A DNA stretch of 64,000 nucleotides from assembly GCA_009914755.4 (NCBI GenBank), contig CP068257.2:44640001-44704000 (forward strand). Direction: 5' to 3'. The notes below the pieces were generated by a model that was not told the origin of the DNA, did no database searches, and saw only the letters and a list, made by a program, of their open reading frames with translations. The DNA comes from the human T2T-CHM13v2.0 reference genome, Homo sapiens. This document shows, piece by piece, positions 1 through 17,245 of the stretch; position 1 is the stretch's first letter; each line of letters begins with the position of its first letter. The position numbers and the translations under genes are program-made.

Positions 1-88
1 GTTGCAGTGAGCCGAGATCACACCACTGCACTCCAGCCTGGGTGACACAGCAAGGCTCTGTCTCAAAAAAAAAAAAAAAAAAAAAAAA
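1..88 (+). mobile_element. Alu 3' end fragment with poly-A
   Basis: Alu right-arm consensus ending in A27. Confidence 0.85.
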
Positions 89-230
89 GATACATATATC
101 CCTTGACCCACAGCCACCACTGATAGGAATTTATCTCCACACACGTGCCTGTGTGCAAACGGGTGAGATGTCTGTCTGTACAACAACAGTCACTGCAACA
201 GTCTTTACCAGAGCTAAAAAGAGCTACGTC

Positions 231-548
<318 letters not shown>

Positions 549-1321
549 TCAACAGAAGACCAGGAAGGTCATTTATGGTACATTATCGCACTGACCTCAA
601 GACCACTGGCAACGGGGACAGCTCAGCATGCTGCTACAGCCAAGCCTCCACCTCATATCAGATGGAGCAAAGGAAGGCTCAGAGCAAAGCAGGGATCATG
701 AGCCCATCTGTGCCAAGAGCCACAAGAAAGGACAGAAAGTCTCTGGATGGTTTCGCAAGCAGCTGCTGCTCGCACAATGGACAGGGGTCTGTTGTAGAAG
801 GAAGACTCACTTCTCCCCATACTCCCTTTTATACTGTTCCAACTACCAAGGACACTATTACTGATTTTAAATTTTATTATGAAATGAATCATACAACATA
901 CATAACACATATATGCCCAGTTATAAGATTAATAAATCATCAAGCACCTGTGCACTTACACCCAGTTGAGAAGTTGTGGCCATGAGAGGCACCACCTCCC
1001 ATTCCCAAAAGTAACCACTATGCTGAGATTATGATCATTATTTTCCTTCTTTTCTTTAGGGTTATACCACTATATATAAATCTGAAACAACCTATTTAGT
1101 TTGAATATACACTATTTGTATATTCCCTATTAATTGCTTTTTCTCCACTACTTATATTTTGAGAATTCACCCTTATTGGTGCATGCAGCCATAATCTGGC
1201 TTGTTCATAGCTGTCTCCCAGCACCTAGTGCAGTGGGCAAATGGCAGGCACCCTATAAATATCAGTTGACATACAGAGTAGCCACCACGTCCCAATCTAA
1301 CTCCTGACTTTTCCCCTTATA

Positions 1322-1347
1322 TTGTATGTGTGTGTGTGTGTGTGTGT
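1322..1347. repeat. (GT)13 microsatellite
   Basis: Reads tgtgtgtgtgtgtgtgtgtgtgtg. Confidence 0.9.
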
Positions 1348-1527
1348 AATCAAGTATTTCTGAAATGCAGTATAATCCAATTAGTCTATTTTAGGTATTC
1401 ATTGCTATAACATTTTCCCTCATCCTTTTACCACTGAATACAGAAACTGATAGCTCATATATTTTGAATTTGTTAAAAGACTCTTCCCCGTGTGTGTGGA
1501 TTTTGCCTGTAGGAACACAGGACTCAC

Positions 1528-1680
1528 CGCTGTAGATACTTGCAGAAGCACTGAAGCTCCTGGAGGGTCTCCTTTGCAGTCTGGAAGATTTCCTCCACGA
1601 GAAACAAGTCCACTAAGTGGGCACAGACATCCTCACAGCAACGGGCCACACGGACCCTCTGGTCTGTCTCTACTGCATTC
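1528..1680 (-). CDS. MCM3AP: MCM3AP coding exon 17 ([51 protein letters not shown])
   Basis: Acceptor tttctAG|G and donor CAGCG|GTGAGT. ORF 1524..1757. Phase 2 to 2. The next exon is expected upstream of position 1 or in 1..1500, but I could not place it. Confidence 0.85.
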
Positions 1681-1764
1681 CTAGAAACAGGGCAATCAGC
1701 ATGGAAGACACTGCACTTGGGGCCCACAGACACTGAGGGCTTGCTTGAAAAGTGCAAGAGTCAG

Positions 1765-2673
<909 letters not shown>

Positions 2674-2871
2674 AAAGTGCAAGAGTCTGCATCCTCAGTA
2701 TTAAAATGTAATTCTATCTTCATTGTAAAAGAAGCTTTAATACTTAAACTACAGACACCTAGAAAGACAGGGTAAAAAGAATTAAGTGGAACAGGGTGCC
2801 AAATTATAGGTCCATAGGGGCCCTCGTAACAGTTAAGAAATAAACCTTTATCTTAATAAAATAGTCAGAAT

Positions 2872-3035
2872 TTTTAATTATTTTAGAGACAGGGTCTCAC
2901 TATGTTGCCCAGGCTGGAGTACAGTGGCCACCACAGGTGCAGTCATAGCACACTACCTGGAACTTCTGAGCTTAAGTGATCTTTGCACCTCAGTCTCTTG
3001 AGTTGCTGGGACTACAGGTGCCTGGCGTAGAATTT
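2872..3035 (-). mobile_element. Alu fragment (monomer-like)
   Basis: Reverse Alu motifs: gagacagggtctcactatgttgcccaggctggagtacagtgg ... gctgggactacaggtgcc. Confidence 0.7.
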
Positions 3036-3381
3036 GTAAATTACCATGCAGACAACCACAAAATCTTCTCATCAGCAACATCTGACTTGTGCAATCAATT
3101 GGAAGTGTCTCAAATATATGATAAATGCCAGTGGCTAATAAGGATGGCTGACTATGATCATGTGGTGGCAGCCCTCATATAAAAGAGAATTTTTTATAAT
3201 AAAATTCTATTAGCCAAGGGAGCACAGAGGACTGCATCAAATACATTTGGTCACAAAATCAAAGTAGCTTAGACAGGCAAGATCCATTTCCAATAGCCCA
3301 TCCTCAGTGGTGCAAGACACAGCCTAGGGCAGAGCCAAAGCTCACTCTCCTGGCACAGCAAGACACCAGCGTTTCACTTAC

Positions 3382-3495
3382 TTCAACTCCTGGGAGCAGG
3401 TTTCCCTCACAAACTCCATCATCACGCGTTCCATCAGCTCCACGGCCAGGCCCTGGCTCAGCTCACTTAACACCAGCTCTCTCTCTTGTTTCAAC
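3382..3495 (-). CDS. MCM3AP: MCM3AP coding exon 16 ([38 protein letters not shown])
   Basis: Acceptor ctgtAG|G and donor TTGAA|GTAAGT, translated by hand. Phase 2 to 2. Confidence 0.85.
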
Positions 3496-3868
3496 CTACA
3501 GGGAAGAGAAAAAATACACAAGGGTAATGTTTAAGAATAAAAATAAGTGCTGTTTGTTTTACTCCCTGGCCACGCAGACAGGGATTGAGGTGTGCTGCCT
3601 GAGTCGGTAGGCCACCCCTACTCCAGCTCCCCTGACACCACCTCCCTTCCCCTGCCTTTCCTGGCTGGGAAGGGCCACTGCTCACGGGTAGGTGTGGCCT
3701 GAGGAGCTCCATCCATCCCCTGGGCTGAAGCATAGGAGGGCATGAGTGGGTCAGCAGGGGTGGAATGGTAGCACAGTGGACAATAGCAGGAGCATCGTGG
3801 CCAGGGTCAGTTCTTGCCTGTGTCCACACTGAGCTCCTTATTCGGCTGCATGGACAAGACACACTTAC

Positions 3869-4000
3869 CTTTCCTCTTCAGCCCGCTGCCTCTCCTGCTC
3901 CCTTCGCTCTCTTTCCTTAGACACTTCTTCAGCTGCAATGTGCCTCAAAATGCCCGTGGTTGCAGCTGTTAACAAATCCTCCATAGCAGCATTAGAAACA
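3869..4000 (-). CDS. MCM3AP: MCM3AP coding exon 15 ([44 protein letters not shown])
   Basis: Acceptor gtttAG|T and donor GAAAG|GTAAGT, translated by hand. Phase 2 to 2. Confidence 0.85.
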
Positions 4001-4042
4001 CTAAACGGAGCAAAGGGGATAGCATTCAAAATCAGAGTCAAG

Positions 4043-4338
4043 GCCGGGTGCGGTGGCTCACGCCTGTAATCCCAGCACTTTGGGAGGCTGAGGTGGGCGG
4101 ATCACAAGGTCAGAAGATCAAGACCATTCTGGCCAACACAGTGAAACCCCATCTCTACTAAAAATACAAAAATTAGCCAGGCGCGGCAGCACACGCCTGT
4201 AGCCCCAGCTACTCAGGAGGCTGAGGCAGAAGAATTGCTCGGACCTGGGAGCGGGAGACTGCAGTGAGCCAAGATTGCGTCACTGTACTCCAGCCTGGGC
4301 GACACAGCGAGACTCTGTCTCAAAAAAAAAAAAAAAAA
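4043..4338 (+). mobile_element. Alu SINE, full length
   Basis: Alu consensus ending in a poly-A tail. Confidence 0.95.
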
Positions 4339-4379
4339 GAAAGAAAAATATCAGAAAAAAGCCAAGTCATTGACAAGGG

Positions 4380-4640
4380 AAAAAAAACACACAGGTTGAG
4401 TGTCCCTAATCCAAAAATCTGAAATCCAAAATGCTCCAAAATCTCAAACTTTTTGAGCACAACATGTCATGCTTTTCAAAGGAAATGCTCATTGGAGCAT
4501 TTTAGAATTCAGATTTTCAGATTTTTAGGTAAGAGATACTCAACTGGTACATATAATACAAATATTCCAAAATCCAAAAATATCTGTCATCTAAAACCCT
4601 TGTGGTTCCAAGCGTTTTGAAGAAGGGATATGCAACCTGT
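4380..4640. mobile_element. Palindromic MITE-like interspersed repeat
   Basis: ggttgagtgtccctaatccaaaaatctgaaatccaaaatgctccaaaatctcaaactttttgag...ctcattggagcattttagaattcagattttcagattt has internal inverted symmetry and resembles a common human repeat family. Confidence 0.4.
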
Positions 4641-4956
4641 ACTTGTTTGGCTGCCAGCAGAAAAATTAAGCCCACTGTTAGAAACACACCATCTACCAAA
4701 ACTGACTCATGAAGAAACAGAAAAATGTGAGTAGACCTATAACTAGTAAGGAGACTTCCAAACAAAGAAAGGTATGAGACCAGAAGGTTTCACTGGTAAA
4801 TTCTATTAAACACTAACGAAAAACTAACCACCAATCTTTTTCAAATCCTTTCAAAAAACTGAAGAGGAGGGAATATTTACTAACTCATTTTATGAGGCTA
4901 GCATTGCTCTAATACCAAAGACAGACCAAAGACACTATAGGAAAACTACAGACTGA

Positions 4957-5253
4957 GCAGGCACAGTGGCTCATGCCTGTCATCCCAGCATTTCAGGAGG
5001 CTGAGGTGGGAGCACTGCTTGAGCCCAGGAGTTCAAGACTAACCTGGGCAACATAGAGAGACCCCATCTCTACAAAAAATTAAAAAATTAGCCGGGTATG
5101 GTAGCATGCGCCTGTGGTCCTAGCTACTTGGGAGGCTGAGGTGAGAGGATGGCTTGAGCCTAGAAGATCAAGGCTGTGGTTAGCTGTGATTGTGCTTCTG
5201 CACTCGGGTCTAGGTGACAAAGTAAGACCCTGTCTCAAAAAAGAAAAAAAAAA
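4957..5253 (+). mobile_element. Alu SINE (AluJ-like), full length
   Basis: Divergent Alu consensus with an A-rich tail. Confidence 0.9.
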
Positions 5254-5276
5254 GGAATAAAGAAATAAAAAGGAGG

Positions 5277-5577
5277 CCGGGCGCGGTGGCTCACGCCTGT
5301 AATCCCAGCACTTTGGGAGGCCGAGGCGGGTGGATCAGGAGGTCAGGAGATCGAGACCATCCTGGCTAACACAGTGAAACCCTGTCTCTACTAAAAATAC
5401 AAAAAATTAGCCGGGCGAGGTAGCGGGCACCTGTAGTCCCAGCTACTCGGGAGGCTGAGGCAGGAGAATGGCGTGAACCCCGGGGGGCGGAGCCTGCAGT
5501 GAGCCGAGATCACGCCACTGCACTCCAGCCTGGGCGACAGGGAGACTCCGTCTCAAAAAAAAAAAAAAAAAAAAAAG
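5277..5577 (+). mobile_element. Alu SINE (AluY/S-like), full length
   Basis: Near-consensus Alu with A24. The L1 flank aaaactacagac is repeated at 4941-4954 and 5583-5596, so this Alu and the 4957 Alu share one TSD. Confidence 0.95.
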
Positions 5578-5636
5578 AAATGGAAAACTACAGACCAATA
5601 TCCCTCATGAATATGGATATAAAAATCCTCAACAAG

Positions 5637-6010
<374 letters not shown>

Positions 6011-6089
6011 TTAAGAATGACCTAAATAAATGGAAAGACATCCCACATTCTCAGATTAGAAGATTTAATATTGTTAAGATGACAATACT

Positions 6090-6367
6090 GGCCAGGTGCA
6101 GTGGCTCATGCCTGTAATCCCAGTACTTTAGGAGGCTGAGGCAGGTGGATCACTTGAGGCCAGGAGTTCGAGACCATCCCTGGACAACATGGCGAAAAGC
6201 ATCTCCACAAAAAATAAAAAAATTAGCCAGGCTGGTGCCCACCTGTAATCTCAGCTACTCGGGAAGCTGAGGCAGAAGAATTGCTTGAACCCAGGAGGTG
6301 GAGGTTACAGTGAGGCTGAGATGGAGCCACTGCACTCCAGCCTGAGCAACAGAGCAAGACTCCATCT

Positions 6368-6403
<36 letters not shown>
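6090..6403 (+). mobile_element. Alu SINE, full length
   Basis: Alu consensus ending in A35. Confidence 0.95.
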
Positions 6404-6405
<2 letters not shown>

Positions 6406-6708
6406 TGACAGTACCACCCAGAACAATCTACAGATTCAACGCAATCCCTATCAAAATCCCAACAGCACTTTCTGCAGAAACAGAAAAACTCATCCTAAAA
6501 TTCGCATGGTATCTCAGGAGACCCCAAATAGCAAAACCATCTTGAAAAAGAAGAATGTAGGGGAAAATCTTCCTGACACTGTATCTGGCAATAACTTATT
6601 GGATTATGACTCCAAAAACGCAGGCAACTTTATGAGAGGAAACTTCTGGAGGACTGGGTGCAGCTCCCCGCAGCACGTAGCAGGAGGGGAGCACGAGATG
6701 CCACTCAC

Positions 6709-6809
6709 CCCAGGGCGGCAGCTGCGTAGGCAGCACCCGCAGAGCCAACTTCCTCACAGTCCCTCTGCAGGGCCTCCTGGATGAGCTCGTCCACCACCTG
6801 CGCCAGGTC
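6709..6809 (-). CDS. MCM3AP: MCM3AP coding exon 14 ([33 protein letters not shown])
   Basis: Acceptor tccacAG|GAC and donor CTGGG|GTGAGT, translated by hand. Phase 0 to 2. Confidence 0.85.
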
Positions 6810-7229
6810 CTGTGGAGAGACCAGCATGGGGTGTAATGGAACGTCCCACCCAGGGCAGAAATGCTGGGTAACATGTTGTCACCGGACAGTCTGCAGGCGT
6901 CTCGTGACAGAAGCACAACCCCTGACACGGGGTCGGCTAGGCTGTTGCAGGAAAGGTGTCCCCTAGCGAATGGAAAGGTGCCATCTGGAGAGGAAGGCGC
7001 CCTGCGGATGGCCACACAGCGCCCTGGCCTAGCCATCTCCAGTCTACGTCAAGCAGCCTCTGTTTCTGTGACCACTCTATGCTCCCCCTAAGCACTCCCT
7101 GATCCCCAGATGGGCTGGTGCCCAGTGCCTGCCCCGAAGCAGCCAGAGTGGCACAATCCAGTCTCACAACCATGGAGTCGACAGGCTCTACTCAATATCA
7201 AGGCACCTGTCGGGACCATGCCCACCCTG

Positions 7230-7650
7230 AGGCCACAACCATCAAGGGGCACATCCACCCCCAGGCCAGGCTGGTCAAGGGGCTCACCCACCCCCAGGCC
7301 ATGCCCATCAGGGTGCACAGCCAGAGACCACACACACCAGAGGGGACACGACCACCCCGAGGCCACGCCTATCAGGGGGCACAGCCACCCCAAGCCATGC
7401 CCATCAGGGGGCACACCCGCCAGGGGACACGCCCATCCCAGGTCACACCCATCAGTGGGGACACCCAACCCCAGGACATGCCCTTCAGGGGACACACCCA
7501 CACTCAGTCCATGCATATTGGGGTCCCATCAGGGGGACATGCCCACTCCAGGCCACACCCAAGGGGACACACCCACCCAGGCCACACCCACCAGGCGGAC
7601 ACGCCACCCCAGGTCACACCCATCAGGGGGCGCACAATGCTGCCAATGAT
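7230..7650. repeat. Degenerate tandem repeat, about 33-bp unit (consensus roughly GCCATGCCCATCAGGGGGCACACCCACCCCAG), about 12-14 copies
   Basis: Recurrent ccatcagggggcaca and cccaggccacacc blocks. Produces His/Pro/Gly-rich ORFs on both strands (7118..7675 plus, 7088..7516 minus). In an MCM3AP intron. Confidence 0.8.
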
Positions 7651-7913
7651 CCCGTCAGGAATAGACGGGTGTTGAGTTCAGACACACGGGCTCAGGCCGG
7701 TGCTGTGACAGGAAGCTCCTGAGATGAAGACGGACTCCAGAATGAGCCTGAATAGGTGGGCCCTACCTGAGGCTGAGTGACTCTAGGCAGGACCCCTCTC
7801 TGGACTCTCCTGAGAGACCAGGCGCCACAGCCCCACCTCATGGGGTGATGACTAAGGACGTTTGCGCACAATGGGCTTCCCAGAGTCCAGACCTAGAAAA
7901 AAAGAGTCCCTAC

Positions 7914-8116
7914 CTCGTCAGAGTACATGGGCACGGGCTCTGGAGGCGGTGGTTCAGGCTGCACAGACAGCTGGAAGAGGCTGGGCGCCACAGACGGGGT
8001 CAGTGCCAGGACAGGAGGCAGAGGCACTGGTGAGGGCGCAGGGGCTGGTAGAGACTGTGGGAGACTGGACAGGGGTGCATCCGGCTCTACACCACACTCC
8101 TCTCCTCTCCCTCCGC
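7914..8116 (-). CDS. MCM3AP: MCM3AP coding exon 13 ([21 protein letters not shown]...EPVPMYSDE)
   Basis: Acceptor ttccAG|GC and donor GAG|GTAGGG. ORF 7893..8210. Phase 1 to 0. Confidence 0.88.
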
Positions 8117-8512
8117 CTGGAAGGAAACATACAGGACAAAACATAGCTGCAGACACAGGGTGCCTGGCACCACGGGGACCGAGGTCTGTGCAGGGACAGC
8201 CCCAGGCCACCCACAGTGACCCTGAGGACTGGCCTGCCCTCCAGGAGACCAGCTACGTGGGACAACATACGCTTTGCATGAAAAACAAGCCCCAGGATGT
8301 CAGGGAGCCAGGAGGAGGGCTTCAAAGCCCTCAGTCCACTCCCAGTGAGAACCATCTGAGCATGAGGAAGAGCCACACCCCTGGGCCCCAAGACAAGACA
8401 GGTGCTCAGGCTCCTGGGAGGCGTCCTGGCGAGAAAATGCAGATGCCCAGGCTCCTGGGAGGCGTTCTGGTGGGAAAATGCAGCTAGTCCCCTCACTACG
8501 ACTGCAGCTTCA

Positions 8513-8791
<279 letters not shown>

Positions 8792-9017
8792 TCACCAGGG
8801 GAGAAGACAGCTTCGCCCTCAGTGCCCTGCTGAGTACTGCAAGCCCCTTGGGCGTCACCACAGCCATGTGTAAATAACAGAAAGCACAGGCGCCAGGTCC
8901 CACTGCCGCCCACCCTGGAGCCTCTGTAGGTCCCTAGAACCACTAAGCCCAGCGTGTTAACAGACGCACGCTGACTCACTCCTGCCTCCTTGCTGGCTCA
9001 CCCAAAACCGTCTAATT

Positions 9018-9085
9018 TTCTGAGGACAGAACTGGAAGGAGGAGACAGAACTAGAAGGAGACAGAACTGGAAGGAGGAGACAGGC
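9018..9085. repeat. About 3.5 copies of a 20-bp tandem repeat (GGAGACAGAACTGGAAGGAG)
   Basis: Direct repetition of ggaggagacagaactagaaggagacagaactggaaggaggagacag. Confidence 0.7.
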
Positions 9086-9573
9086 AGGAGGCAGGTGAGG
9101 AGTTAGAGGAGACAGGGTGGGGAACTAGGCACCGGGTGTTGAGTGTAAGCTGCCAGTTTCTGAGAGAGCGTCTGTGAGTCTCACCACTCTGACTGGTAAG
9201 TACCGGAGAAGACTCCGGCTGGCCTGCGGGTGCCTCCATCCCAGCCGTCAGAGGTTGTCCGTCATTGGCTGGCAAAGGCAGTCAAGGGAAAGAATAAAGA
9301 AGGCCCTAACTTTTATCTTTAGGTTTGTCAGCAAGTCATGAAAAGGACTGATTTTGGAGTCACAAAGAACTTGGTCTGAGCCCTCAATGTGCTGACAGCC
9401 AGGATGTGACCTTGGGAACACCCCCAGCCATTCTGAGTCTCGTGTGTTCACCTGCATGGCAGAGGGAATGCACCTTCTTCAAGTCAGGCAAGCAGCCAGC
9501 CCTTCACAGCCCTTCATCAGAATTAACAAGAAAAAAGGAGACAGGGGCCCCACAGTTCCATTCTCAGCTCTTA

Positions 9574-9753
<180 letters not shown>

Positions 9754-10131
9754 TCACTGCAGTCTCAGACGAAGGCCCAGTCAGACACATGCAGTCAGCC
9801 CATGACCACAGCCATGGCCAGCATGGGGCACATGGGCTCCTCCTGGGCTGAGTCCACCAGAAGGCGCTTTGGCAACACGGAACCCAAGCTTAGAGATCAT
9901 AGGCGGTCTGCTCAGGGGCAGTGCTCAGGAATGCGTGCCAAGCAAACACTCTCATAGAGAAGGATGGCTTGTGAAGGTTTTATTCATAAGAGAAATCATG
10001 AAACAAACTGTCCATCAACAAGACCAGGTGAAGTCAGCTGTGCAGCATCCACATGACAAAAGGCCAGGAAGGTGCTGCAGAGGACCCCGGAGACCATGGA
10101 ATGCCAGCAGGAAACCAATCCCGTGGAATGA

Positions 10132-10825
<694 letters not shown>

Positions 10826-11354
10826 ACAAAGGAAAAACATGAAAATCCGAACAAAAATTCTGCTTGAGTGCTGGGACTTTGGTACCTAAGCTGTTAGTCC
10901 TCTTCCGATGTTCTTTAATTCAACCAACACTGATCAAGCATTTGCTCTGTGCCTGGCACCGTTTTTAATGCTGAGAGTACAACAGTGAACAAAAACACAA
11001 TCCCTGTCCCCACATAGCTGACATGCCAGGGGAGAGACCAATGCCACAGAAAACAAACACATCAAACACACAGAATGGTGATTTAGTGCGGCAGATGGGC
11101 AGGGAGAGCAGGGAGCGCTGGTGGGGGCCCTGCTGAGGGCGGCAGCCAAGCCTCGCCTGGCCTCAGGGAGGTGGAGACAGCGCCGTGCGGCTCTGCGAGT
11201 GTGGAACAGCAGTGGAAACAGCAAGCACAAAGCCTCTGAGCAGGAGTGCACAGGGCTGCGGGGACAGGAGGCTGCCTCTGTGCGCCACTGCCGGTGAAGA
11301 GCTTTTCTAAAGAAAAATACCCGAATATCTCTTTTGTTTAAAGTTATTAAAAAC

Positions 11355-11650
11355 GGCCAGGCAAGGTGGTTCATGCCTGTAATCCCAGCACTTTGGGAGG
11401 CCGAGGTGGGTGGATCACCTGAGGCTAGGAGTTCGAGATCAGCCTGGCCAGCATGGCGAAATCCCATCTCTACTAAGTTAGCTGGGCGTGGTGGCGGGCT
11501 CCTGTAGTCCCAGCTACTGGGGAGGGAGGCTCAGGCAGGAGAATCACTTGAACCCAGGAGGCAGAAGTTGCGGTGAGCAGAGATCATGCCACTGCACTCC
11601 AGCCTGGGCAACAGAGCGAGACTCCATCTCTAAATAAATAAATAAATAAA
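11355..11650 (+). mobile_element. Alu SINE
   Basis: Consensus with a small linker deletion and an (AAAT)n tail. Confidence 0.9.
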
Positions 11651-11715
11651 GTTATTAAAAATGGTCAACATTCTACTAACGCTCAATCATCGTGTATACA
11701 ACATTAACTATGTTT

Positions 11716-12011
11716 TATTTTTGTTTATTTTTTTTGAGAGGGCCTCTGTTGCCCAGGCTGGAGAGTGCAGATCTTGGCTCACTGCAGCCTCAACTTCCTG
11801 GGCTCAAGCGATCCTCCCACCTCAGCCTCCTGAGTAGCTGGGACTACAGGAGCATCCCACCACACCTGCCTGGCTTTTTTTTTATTTTTAGTAGAGACAG
11901 GGCCTCCCTATGTTGCCCAGGCTGGCCTTGAACTCCTGAGCTCAAGCAATTTTCCCACCTCCCAAGTTTGCCAAGGTGCCAGGATAACAGGTGTGAGCCA
12001 AAGCACCCAGC
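11716..12011 (-). mobile_element. Alu SINE (AluJ-like)
   Basis: Poly-T head followed by the reverse Alu consensus. Confidence 0.9.
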
Positions 12012-12984
12012 CAATATTAACTACAAGTGGCAAGTTGTGGAAAACCTTTTCATTTACTCCAGAATATCAGTTCTGTTTGGCAACCTGCAGATCTGACAAG
12101 GAGCAAACCTGCAAAAGACCTTCTGACTGTGACATGACTGTGGGTTTAGTCACTGTTTACAGGAGGCCCTGATGTGTGACCAAAGAAATGACCTGGAGCC
12201 ACAGATCAACCAAGGCAGGTCCCAGGATCTCCCAGGCAGCATCCTCCCCACGCTGTGGCCACTACGGGCTTGTGGCAAGGAATCCTGGCAGCCTCCTTGG
12301 AGCCGCTGCCAGAATGGGCAGCAGAGTGTGTGCGAGGTGAGGTGGCGCTCTGTGCGGTGGGCCGCGGTCCTGGTCACATTGCACTGAACGGAATCATGCA
12401 GGGCCTAGAACAGCAGGTGCTACAGGGGCTGCTCTGTCCTCATCCCCAAGTTCCGTGGAAGTGGAACAAAATAACCGACTGGAAACCCCAAGACACAGTT
12501 TACTCTGCGCAAACCCCAGGGGAGGGACTGGCCTTCCCATTGCCTCTGCAACCCTAGCACACGGCAAAGCACAGACACTGAGGCACCCACTGAAAGGAAC
12601 TTAGCGCCATCAGCCTCACTCCAGAAACTTCGATTTAAAACATGAAGCATTTCAAAGTCAGAGATTTTGTGCATATGATATGAGATTTTTGCTTTTTAGT
12701 TAGCTTTCATGGATGATGATAGTGCTGAATTCAACCTATGTTTTCCCAAAGAGATTTTTCTTATTTGAACCATGGAACAGTATTTTCCATTGCACAGCCT
12801 TTCCGGATGGTGACCAACAGTGATAACCCCTATAAAACAGGGCAACACCGGTAACCCCTTCGTGGGGCTGCTGCAAGGGTGACACAGCATCAGCCTGAGA
12901 CCTCCTTTGAAAAGCTTGGAATAAGAAAGCACCCAAACAGCACAAGAACCACCTGCTTTCTTCCAACTCTGCAAGCACAGCTCA

Positions 12985-13473
<489 letters not shown>

Positions 13474-13756
13474 TTACTAACTACCACGCTTGGATTGGTT
13501 TGACAAAGGTTTCCTTCAAAACAATAATGAATAGAATAAACAAATTCAAAAAGCAATTTAGGAATCAGTTATCAAAAAGTTACTTTAAAGTAATGCCAAT
13601 GGACTGTCAGCTGTGCTGGATGGTAAAGTCTAAAAAACAGAAAACTTAACTCTTTTTGTTTAGAAATGAATTGATTTTGACTGAATTATTCGTGATGGAG
13701 AACAAATGCTTGTCACGTAGAAAAAGACAATACAGCAATCTTTCATAACCAGTTTA

Positions 13757-14140
<384 letters not shown>

Positions 14141-14170
14141 ATACAAGGCTTAATTTTAAAATTTAAAATC

Positions 14171-14478
14171 AGCCGGGCATGGAGACTCTAACTGTAATCC
14201 CAGCACTTTGGGAGGCCGAGGCAGGTGGATCACCTGAGGTCAGGAGTTCCGGACAAGCCTGGCCAACATGGTGAAACCCTGTCTCTACTAAAAATACAAA
14301 AAAATGAGGCGGGCATGGTGGTATGTGCCTGTAATCCCAGCTACTCAGGAGACTGAGGCAAGAGAATCGCTTGAACCCAGGAGGTGGAGGTTGCAGTGAG
14401 CCAAGATCGCACTACTGTACTCCGGCCTGGGCAACAGAGCAGGACTCGGTCTCAAAAATAAAATGAAATAAAAAATTA
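14171..14478 (+). mobile_element. Alu SINE, full length
   Basis: Consensus with an A-rich tail. Confidence 0.9.
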
Positions 14479-15152
14479 AAATCAACCACACATCTAGATA
14501 TTCTGTCACACAGTTCTTGAGGAAAATACAAAGAAAAAAAAAAGAGGTTCACCATTGATAGGGGATTCTTAGAACTAAAGGGGACACTGTCCACCATAAG
14601 TCCAGCTTAACCACAAGCAGAGGGTCCACCACAAGCAGAGGGCCAGAGAGCTCGCCAGACTTCGCATGTAAGTGACTAATTATGGATCAGACCAGGGTTT
14701 TACATTCATTCATTCTCACTACCCCATTCTTCGCATTTTTGTTTTACATAATTTTTTCCTCTCTTATTCTGAGATCTTTGACAAAACTATCTGGGAACAG
14801 GGAACTGCTAACAACCTTGCAGGGCACCTGGAACTCCCTCTCCTGGTTCACTCACCTGTCTCATGAGGAGGATTCCTTCCTCATTTTCTCACTGGTGAGG
14901 AGAAACTATTTTCAGAAATGAACATGTGGGGCCTACGTCAGATGTGCTGGTCCCAGGGCACACCCCCATCGCTCTTCCCCCAGCTCAGCTCAGCCGACTG
15001 CAAAGCCAGACCAAGGTCCTCTACTATCATCCCAACATCTGCTACCAGACAGAATGCTGCACTATTGGCTACTGCCACTCCTGAAAGCTCTTCTCCTGTT
15101 TAAAGCCTGCCTTTTCAGCCACCTTAGGACAACTTTTGGATGTGAAAATTCA

Positions 15153-15500
<348 letters not shown>

Positions 15501-15571
15501 TCAATTTCTCACTTTTCAATTTGAAACAAAGCCCATGATGCACATTTTAATAGGACTTTGTAGTGACTTAA

Positions 15572-15892
<321 letters not shown>

Positions 15893-15923
15893 TAAAATAT
15901 ATAACAGAGTAATAAAAATATCA

Positions 15924-16178
<255 letters not shown>

Positions 16179-17245
16179 CTAGAGACATGAAGCCGAGACA
16201 GGATGCCCATGTGGCATACCTTGGGCCAGGCATAGTTATGCCTGAAAATGAGGGGGAAAATCACATACACACCCACACAAGATCAGTATTTGAGAATATA
16301 TTTTTTCAACATAAAATTTCTGTTAAAAGGTGACAATCAAAATTCAAAGACAAATAGAGAAATTTGATTTTGGCAAATATGACAAGGAGTTAAGATATGA
16401 GTGCGTCATGACAAACAGGAGGAATGTTAAGTGAAGGCACATCTGCTAGCCTCCAAAGCAGAGAGACGGGACAGGGAAGGGCCTCAAGCACTTAAAAGGT
16501 CTCAGGCCCGCTCACACACCAGATTAAGTCTACACAGAGCAGAAGTGAAACAGAGACAGGCGGTGAGGACTGCTGAGGACACAGCATCAGGGGCTGGCTG
16601 CCCACCTGGGGCCTGGAATTGCATCTCCCACCTCAAAAGGAGGCTGAAGACGTGGCCAAGGGAAGAGGCAGAGATGTACACAGGACAAGGCCCTGGGCAT
16701 GTGCCTCTCCTGGGGCAGGGGCCCTACAGTGACACGAGTTGCTGGGCTGGGGACCCCGCACCAGGCGAAGGGTGTATAAAGCCACCAGCCAGGAAGAGGA
16801 GAAGCCCATAAGCAAAATTCACAAAGTCCAAAAGGATCTATATTGGTGCAGCTTTCTGGGGCAACAATTTGGGAAGATACATGGATAATGTTCAGGAAAG
16901 GTCATACCCTCTGATGCAGTAATTTAATTCTTAGGATCTGAAGAAAATAATCTAAATACCAGAGAAGCATTACATACAAGATGCCAAACAATATTACTAA
17001 TAGAACTAAAAATTTAGAAGCAGCCTATCTACTAATGGTAAAAATGCAGAGTTTTGACAGAGCTACTAATAAAATAATATGCTGTCATTTTTAAATGCTC
17101 ATAGTTTACCCTAACAAAGGAAAATGTTCATGACATAATTTTAAGTGGAAAAGATACACATAAAATTGTATCTAGAGCATAATCTCGAATGTGTAAAACA
17201 TAAGCATAGAAACAGACAGGAATAAGATCGTAAAAAGAAAAAAGT

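Noticed and set aside
575-985. Plus and minus ORFs of 78-136 aa in the non-repeat region near the window start; I considered whether they could be the next MCM3AP exon (WREAVTARKK...) or an MCM3AP-AS1 exon
   Set aside because: I could not find the expected peptide or convincing splice sites. The next MCM3AP exon probably lies upstream of the window start.
7088-7675. Four overlapping 140-185-aa ORFs rich in His/Pro
   Set aside because: They are generated by a degenerate tandem DNA repeat and are mutually overlapping in different frames and strands. The region is intronic to MCM3AP.
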